In this document: piece after piece, positions 34,597 through 39,892 of the stretch
Layout of the letters: each line of letters starts with the position of its first letter
Numbering within the stretch: the stretch's first letter is position 1
Sequence record: DRR723986_7125
Direction: 5' to 3' (one strand)
Length of the DNA: 39,892 nt
The notes under the pieces: model-generated
Told to the model about the DNA's origin: nothing
Seen by the model: only the letters and a program-made list of their open reading frames with translations
Database searches by the model: none
Position numbers and translations under genes: made by a program

Positions 34597-37434
34597 ATGG
34601 GAACCAAGAATTGTGCGGCACAGACGCATCCGTTTGCGCTGGCCGCGAAAATTTTGTTTGTGACTTTAATGCTGACTGCATTGCTACGCGAGACGACCAT
34701 GGCCCAAGCCACGACTGAAGAAAACGATACCTCAGGAACAAGTGATGCACCGGCGATGGTGACCAGCATCGAGGGGATTACTGAATATCGACTGCCCAAC
34801 GGATTGCAGTTACTGCTCTTCCCCGATCAAAGTAAGCCAAGTGTTACCGTGAACATGACGGTCTTTGTTGGCTCCCGCCACGAGGGTTATGGCGAAGCGG
34901 GGATGGCGCACTTGCTTGAGCACATGCTTTTCAAAGGAACGCCCAGCAATCCTGAGATTCCCGAAGAGTTGAAGCGTCGCGGAGCGAATTTCAATGGCAC
35001 AACATGGCACGATCGAACAAACTACTACGAGACGCTGCCGGCGGCATCTGCTGAGCAAGCGGAAGATAACCTGGAGTACGCCATTCGCATGGAAGCCGAT
35101 CGTCTCGTGAATAGTAATGTTCTCGGTGAAGATCTACAAAGTGAAATGACGGTTGTTCGGAATGAATTCGAACGTGGTGAGAATAGCCCGCAGCGAGTAT
35201 TGATGCAACGAGTGCAAGCTGCCGCTTATGAGTGGCATAACTACGGCCGTGTGACGATTGGGAATCAGAGCGACATTGAACGCGTGCCTGTCACAAAGCT
35301 GCGTGATTTCTACCGCAAGTTTTATCGGCCCGACAACGTGATGCTTGTCTTGGCCGGGCGTTTCGATCCTGCGAAAGCGATCGAACTGACAGAGAAGTAC
35401 TTTGGGATTTTGGACGCTCCAGAACGTCCGCTTGATCGCACTTACACGACCGAACCGGATCAAGACGGAGAACGCACTGTTGCACTCCGAAGAGTTGGGA
35501 ACACTCAGTGGGTTATGGCTGCTTACCATATTCCAAGCGGAGCGAATCGTGAGTACGCCGCTATGGAGATGGTCGCCGGAGTCATGGGCAGCGAACCGGG
35601 AGGTCGGCTGTACGAGAAAATTGTCAAGCCGGAGGTTGCGAGTGAAATGTTCGCTTTCCCAATGGCTCTGCACGATCCGGGGCTAGCCCTGTTCGGATTG
35701 CAGGTGCCAGTGGACCGGTCAATTGAGTCCGCTCGCTTGGCGTTGATCGACGTGCTTGAGTCGGTTGCCGAGAACCCGATTTCAGATGAAGAACTGCGGA
35801 GAGCGAAGAACCAGTTCTTGGCACAGCGTGAACTCCGCGCGTCTGATTCTACTTCAATTGCGATCGAGCTGAGCGAATGGGCCGCGCAGGGTGACTGGCG
35901 GCTGTACTTCCTGTTCAGGGACTACGTCGAATCGATGACACCGGAAGAGTGCACTGAGGTCGCGCAGCAGCTCTTGGTCCGAAACAACCGAACTGTGGGA
36001 CTCTTCATTCCAACGAAGGAAAGCCAACGCGTCAAGATTCCAGCTAAACCTGTGCTGAGCAAATTGCTCGATGGCTATCAAGGCAGAGAGTTGGCTGAGG
36101 CGGGTGAAGAATTCGACACCGATCCGTTGGCCATTGAAAAACGAATTACGCGTGGTGAACTGGCCTGTGGATTGAAGACCGCGTTTTTGCCAAAGAAGAC
36201 ACGTGGCACGTCGGTAAACGTTCGCATTGCGTTGCGATACGGTAATGAAGAACTGCTCACGCCTTTGGCAACGGCCGTCGATTTCTTGCCAGCGATGCTG
36301 ATGCGAGGCACCGAGAAATACGACTACCAGCAGCTTCAGGATCGATTGGACGAACTCTTCGCCCGCGTTTCTCCCGGAGGACAGGCTGGTCTGCTGACCA
36401 TCAATATCCAAACCAAACGGGAAAACTTAGCTGATGTAATCGAAGTAGTCGGTGAAGTTCTGAGAAACCCGACACTCGATGCTGATCAGTTTGAGATCAT
36501 GAAGCGGCAGCAACTGGCGGCCATTGAAGCACAGAAGACTGAACCGGGACTTCTGGCGCAACTTGCTGTGCAGCGAGCAATGACCCAGTACGAGTCGACC
36601 GATGTACGCTACGTTCCAACGGTCGATGAAATGATTGAGCGATTCGACGCTGCAACCGTCGAGCAAGTTCGTGAAGCGTACACGCTGCTGGGCAGTCAGG
36701 CTGGGGAAGTTGTTGCGGTTGGCGATTTTGATCCCGGCGAACTGACCAAGCAACTTGACGCAGTGCTCGCAGGCTGGACAGTTGAGTACGACTTTGAGCG
36801 TATCGCTTCGCCATCGCGGACAGACCTTCCGGGCATGGAAAAGACCATTGAAACGCCTGACAAAGCGAATTCGATCTACTTCGCGGGCCAAACGCTTTCA
36901 ATGCGTGATGACCACCCTGATTACGTTGCGCTCGATGTCGGCAATTTCGTCTTTGGTGGCGGCGGTGCAATGGGCTCAAGGCTTGGGGATCGATTGAGGA
37001 AGAAGGAAGGCCTTTCCTATAGCGTTCAATCACAGCTTACCGCTCATCCGGTCGACAAACGATCGATGCTATTTATTCGTGCAATCGCCAATCCGAGTAA
37101 GAAAGAGCAGGTAATTGCGTCAGTGAATGACGAGCTGAATCGACTACTGACTGAGGGCATTTCCGAGGAAGAGCTAGAGACGGCAAAGCAAGCGATGCTC
37201 CAGGCAGCTCAGGTTGGCAGGACTCAGGACGCTTCGCTGGTTGGATTGATTGGCAATGCTCTATTCGCACAACGCGATTTGCGGTTCAACGCACAGCGTG
37301 AAGAGAAGATTAAGAACTTGACCGTTGACGAAGTTAACAGCGCACTTCGCAAGCACATTGATCGCAAGCGTTTCATCGTCGTTACGGCTGGTGACTTTGC
37401 CGGAAATCCACCAGAGGAAGCGGACGACGAGTAA
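34597..37434 (+). CDS. M16 family zinc metallopeptidase (pitrilysin/PqqL-like), exported
   Basis: GMAHLLEHMLFKG (HxxEH), NGTT..DRTNYY, VVRNE, C-terminal LRKKEGLSY. N-terminal signal; start uncertain (34483-34597). Confidence 0.92.
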   Translation: MGTKNCAAQTHPFALAAKILFVTLMLTALLRETTMAQATTEENDTSGTSDAPAMVTSIEGITEYRLPNGLQLLLFPDQSKPSVTVNMTVFVGSRHEGYGEAGMAHLLEHMLFKGTPSNPEIPEELKRRGANFNGTTWHDRTNYYETLPAASAEQAEDNLEYAIRMEADRLVNSNVLGEDLQSEMTVVRNEFERGENSPQRVLMQRVQAAAYEWHNYGRVTIGNQSDIERVPVTKLRDFYRKFYRPDNVMLVLAGRFDPAKAIELTEKYFGILDAPERPLDRTYTTEPDQDGERTVALRRVGNTQWVMAAYHIPSGANREYAAMEMVAGVMGSEPGGRLYEKIVKPEVASEMFAFPMALHDPGLALFGLQVPVDRSIESARLALIDVLESVAENPISDEELRRAKNQFLAQRELRASDSTSIAIELSEWAAQGDWRLYFLFRDYVESMTPEECTEVAQQLLVRNNRTVGLFIPTKESQRVKIPAKPVLSKLLDGYQGRELAEAGEEFDTDPLAIEKRITRGELACGLKTAFLPKKTRGTSVNVRIALRYGNEELLTPLATAVDFLPAMLMRGTEKYDYQQLQDRLDELFARVSPGGQAGLLTINIQTKRENLADVIEVVGEVLRNPTLDADQFEIMKRQQLAAIEAQKTEPGLLAQLAVQRAMTQYESTDVRYVPTVDEMIERFDAATVEQVREAYTLLGSQAGEVVAVGDFDPGELTKQLDAVLAGWTVEYDFERIASPSRTDLPGMEKTIETPDKANSIYFAGQTLSMRDDHPDYVALDVGNFVFGGGGAMGSRLGDRLRKKEGLSYSVQSQLTAHPVDKRSMLFIRAIANPSKKEQVIASVNDELNRLLTEGISEEELETAKQAMLQAAQVGRTQDASLVGLIGNALFAQRDLRFNAQREEKIKNLTVDEVNSALRKHIDRKRFIVVTAGDFAGNPPEEADDE

Positions 37435-37491
37435 AGCTTGAGAATCCCGGCCGCGAAGCAGTGCGGCGCTAAGGATTGAAGGTTCGATTGT

Positions 37492-37536
37492 AGCGGTTTT
37501 GACGCGTTGTTCGGCGCTCAAAGCCGCTTTCTTTTT
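37492..37536 (+). terminator. Rho-independent terminator after the M16 peptidase
   Basis: Stem AGCGGTTTTGA (37492-37502) / TCAAAGCCGCT (37518-37528) followed by TTCTTTTT. Confidence 0.75.
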
Positions 37537-37619
37537 GGAGGTCCATACTGACACTCTGATGACACGAACCGTGACCTAGGCTTCCATGAAGATTTTTACC
37601 TCCTTGTGGACAAGGCCTG

Positions 37620-38141
37620 ATGTCATTCATCCGACGCTACTGGATAGCCGCACTAGTAATCTGCTTAGTGGTCACGCATGCCGTGATCATCGGTGCTGTT
37701 CGTTCTGAGGCAACTCGGATCAAAGTTGCAGCGAGCAATGAGATTCCAATCGGAGTCTATTACGTCCAAAGCGAAGACAAGAACTGGATTAGTCAGTTGC
37801 GCGTGCACTTGGTTGTGCCGCCGGAGCAACGTTTGGCTAAGAAGGCAACGATCGAGCATCACCGTTGGTTGATTCATGAAGTCGTTGAAGAGAAGCTTCG
37901 CCAGATGGATGCAAGCTTGCTGAAAGATGCAGTCTTGTTGGATGTCAAGGAAGAAATCAAGCTCGCGATTCACGAGACTCTCCAAGAAGAGATCGTCGAA
38001 CGAGTTCTGGTGAATGACCGCGTTGATTTGCCAATCTCTCGTTTCGAGGTACCCGCCGCACCCGACTTGATGACGCAGGAGCCCATCTACACCTCCAAGC
38101 CGGCTGCAGCCCGCGACGTTGAAGAAGCAGACATCAATTAG
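37620..38141 (+). CDS. FliL-like single-pass membrane protein
   Basis: N-terminal TM helix; C-terminal pattern EEKLRQ...LLK...VKEEIK.AI...L....VERVLV resembles the FliL domain. Confidence 0.55.
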   Translation: MSFIRRYWIAALVICLVVTHAVIIGAVRSEATRIKVAASNEIPIGVYYVQSEDKNWISQLRVHLVVPPEQRLAKKATIEHHRWLIHEVVEEKLRQMDASLLKDAVLLDVKEEIKLAIHETLQEEIVERVLVNDRVDLPISRFEVPAAPDLMTQEPIYTSKPAAARDVEEADIN

Positions 38142-38632
38142 GCAAGCAACTCTCGCTTCAGTCTTAGCCAACATGTGCGCGTAGAGCGCGCACTTCGTCG
38201 ACGGAACGCTCTGCTGCGACTCTTGTATGTTGGCCCGTCCTTAGACTCTGCGGTTGCTGTGGTCAGGTTGCCAAACTACCGTCCAAAGTCCGTGGTTCGA
38301 GGGTAGCATAGGAAATAACGAGTCCCACGACATCGTCGAGTCGAAAGAGTGGCTCGTGAATTCTAAGGCTACGGCTTCACAACGACGAATTGAAACCGTA
38401 TTTCTGCGTCCGGATAGCAGTACGGAGGGCAGCAAGGTTGCACCGCAGAGTGATCGTGATGGGACGTGTCTGCGTTCGATTGAACGAGTAAGAACTTGTC
38501 TTCGTCTGTTTGAGAAGTCTAACGCGCTTTACGTTGTGTGCTCAACGGCCTAGACTGCAAGCGATCGCGAGCGAGTGTTGATTCAGTTTCGCTGTCGATT
38601 CGATCCCAAACAAAATCGTGTGAGTAAACAAG

Positions 38633-39433
38633 ATGCTCCAAGTTCCACGTGAGAGTCCCTACGACGTCAATTTTCAGTTGCTTGGTTTCCCTATTCGAAT
38701 AGCGTGGGGCTTCTGGGTTCTGTGTGCGGTCGTCGGCTATTCGTGGACTCAGATGATGGACGGGATTGCCATGCTGGCGGGTATGGACTCGCCTGGTATG
38801 GCGGTTCTGCTGCTCATTTTTGCTTTGGCCGTGTTTTTCTCGATCTTAATTCACGAGTTGGGGCACGCTCTCGCATTTCAATACTACGGAATCGGTTCTC
38901 GGATCATTCTTTACCATTTCGGTGGTCTGGCTGTTTCGGATTCCTTCACTGCTTGGAACGGTGCGCGTCAACGACGGATTGGACCGCATCAACAGATTGT
39001 CATTTCTATTGCTGGGCCAGCGCTTCAGTTGCTACTTGGTTTGGCGTGTTGGACGGTTGGAACCGTGGCGGACGTTCGAGTTGAGCTTACCGGTAGTTTG
39101 AATAACCTGTTGGGCACGGAATTGCCGATGGGTGAATATCCGAACAATGTGATTGTGTATGCCGCGGTTGATGCGTTTGTTCGAATCAGTGTCCTTTGGG
39201 CGTTGCTGAATCTGGCTCCGCTCTTGCCACTGGATGGTGGGCAGATCATGCGAAGTATTTTGTTAATCAACAATGTGCATCGCCCAGACCATACGGCCCA
39301 CCTTGTTTCTGTTGTGGCAGGTGTTGTCTTAGGCGTCGCTTGTTTCACTTATGGTTTGCCAGGTGGATTGTTCTTCCTGATTTTTGCTGCTGTTAATTGG
39401 CAGTCGATGCAGGGAGGCTTCGGGCGTTTTTGA
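38633..39433 (+). CDS. Site-2 protease (M50 family) intramembrane metalloprotease
   Basis: IHELGHA, ISIAGP, NLAPLLPLDGG; multiple TM segments. Confidence 0.93.
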   Translation: MLQVPRESPYDVNFQLLGFPIRIAWGFWVLCAVVGYSWTQMMDGIAMLAGMDSPGMAVLLLIFALAVFFSILIHELGHALAFQYYGIGSRIILYHFGGLAVSDSFTAWNGARQRRIGPHQQIVISIAGPALQLLLGLACWTVGTVADVRVELTGSLNNLLGTELPMGEYPNNVIVYAAVDAFVRISVLWALLNLAPLLPLDGGQIMRSILLINNVHRPDHTAHLVSVVAGVVLGVACFTYGLPGGLFFLIFAAVNWQSMQGGFGRF

Positions 39434-39754
39434 TTGCGAAAACGACTCCGGCCCAGTTTGTTGTTTGCGCTTCTTTCGCTCGCATATAAAAACATGTTGA
39501 AAAAATGTCAGAAATATGTGTAAAAATTGTTGAATTCATGTTGCAATAGCCGAAACGATTCGTACAAATACTTGTCAAGGACGTAGGTTATCTTTTTCGT
39601 AGTTTGGAACACATGCGGTGGCCACCGCGTTCCAACGTGAGCGGAAGGGATTTTCTAGATTTTGGAAGCGAGACTCGACGGCAGCGTGTGGCTGTTGTCG
39701 TCACACCTCATTGTTGTCTTGCTTCCTGGATTCCGTTTTACCGGAGGAGAAAAC

Positions 39755-39892
39755 GTGGCCAAAAAGAAGGCAGCTACTAAAAAGAAGGTAGCCAAGAAGG
39801 CTGCACCTAAGAAAAAGGTAGCAAAGAAGGCGGCACCTAAGAAAAAGGCAGCTAAGAAAGCAGCTCCTAAGAAGAAGGCTGCTGCCAAGAAG
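39755..39892 (+). CDS. Lys/Ala-rich histone H1-like DNA-binding protein, 3'-truncated by window edge
   Basis: GGAGGAG RBS (39743-39749), GTG at 39755, reading MAKKKAATKKKVAKKAAPKKKVAKKAAPKKKAAKKAAPKKKAAAKK... Third codon positions vary between repeat units. Confidence 0.85.
   Translation, partial: MAKKKAATKKKVAKKAAPKKKVAKKAAPKKKAAKKAAPKKKAAAKK

Noticed and set aside
38255-38440. Possible SRP RNA or RNase P RNA (GGTCAGG, AAAGTCCG, GCAGC words)
   Set aside because: The motifs are not arranged as the SRP domain IV hairpin, and the RNase P GAGGAAAGTCC signature is missing.
38254-38553. 99-aa ORF in the gap between the FliL-like and M50 genes
   Set aside because: TTG start without SD and no recognisable motif; cannot be supported as coding.
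39655-39888. Minus-strand 77-aa ORF (MAAAFFLGAAFL...)
   Set aside because: It is the antisense shadow of the Lys/Ala-rich plus-strand gene, which has the RBS.
1-39892. CRISPR arrays, tRNA/rRNA, IS elements, integrases, phage or defence genes
   Set aside because: I saw no regularly spaced repeat-spacer pattern, cloverleaf, or recombinase/transposase motif. The TerB-like and HD genes are isolated and not part of a defence cluster.

Overview
This looks like a chromosomal segment of a Planctomycete (Pirellulaceae/Rhodopirellula-like). The basis is a DUF1559 prepilin-like gene, two DUF1080 genes, tandem secreted sulfatases, a ceramidase-like secreted protein and a DUF6666-like protein. It holds about 35 CDS. 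Housekeeping genes include tadA, nnrE, a DisA_N diadenylate cyclase, panD, mpg, mtnA, ald, leuB and M16/M50 peptidases. Carbohydrate/sulfate-scavenging genes include a four-gene catabolic cluster (variant LeuB-family dehydrogenase, Gfo/Idh/MocA oxidoreductase, cyclase-family hydrolase, OtnK-type kinase). I see no rRNA, tRNA, CRISPR array, transposase or prophage. The best signals lie outside the ORF track: (i) a ~205-nt rod-shaped RNA (6S RNA candidate) between an extended -10 box and the RBS of a UvrB/C-motif gene; (ii) a perfect 12-bp inverted repeat pairing the RBS/start of the DUF1559 gene with a site ~165 nt upstream; (iii) an unlisted Lys/Ala-rich histone-H1-like gene at the right edge with a structured leader. 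All family calls come from motifs read by eye; no database searches or folding programs were run.
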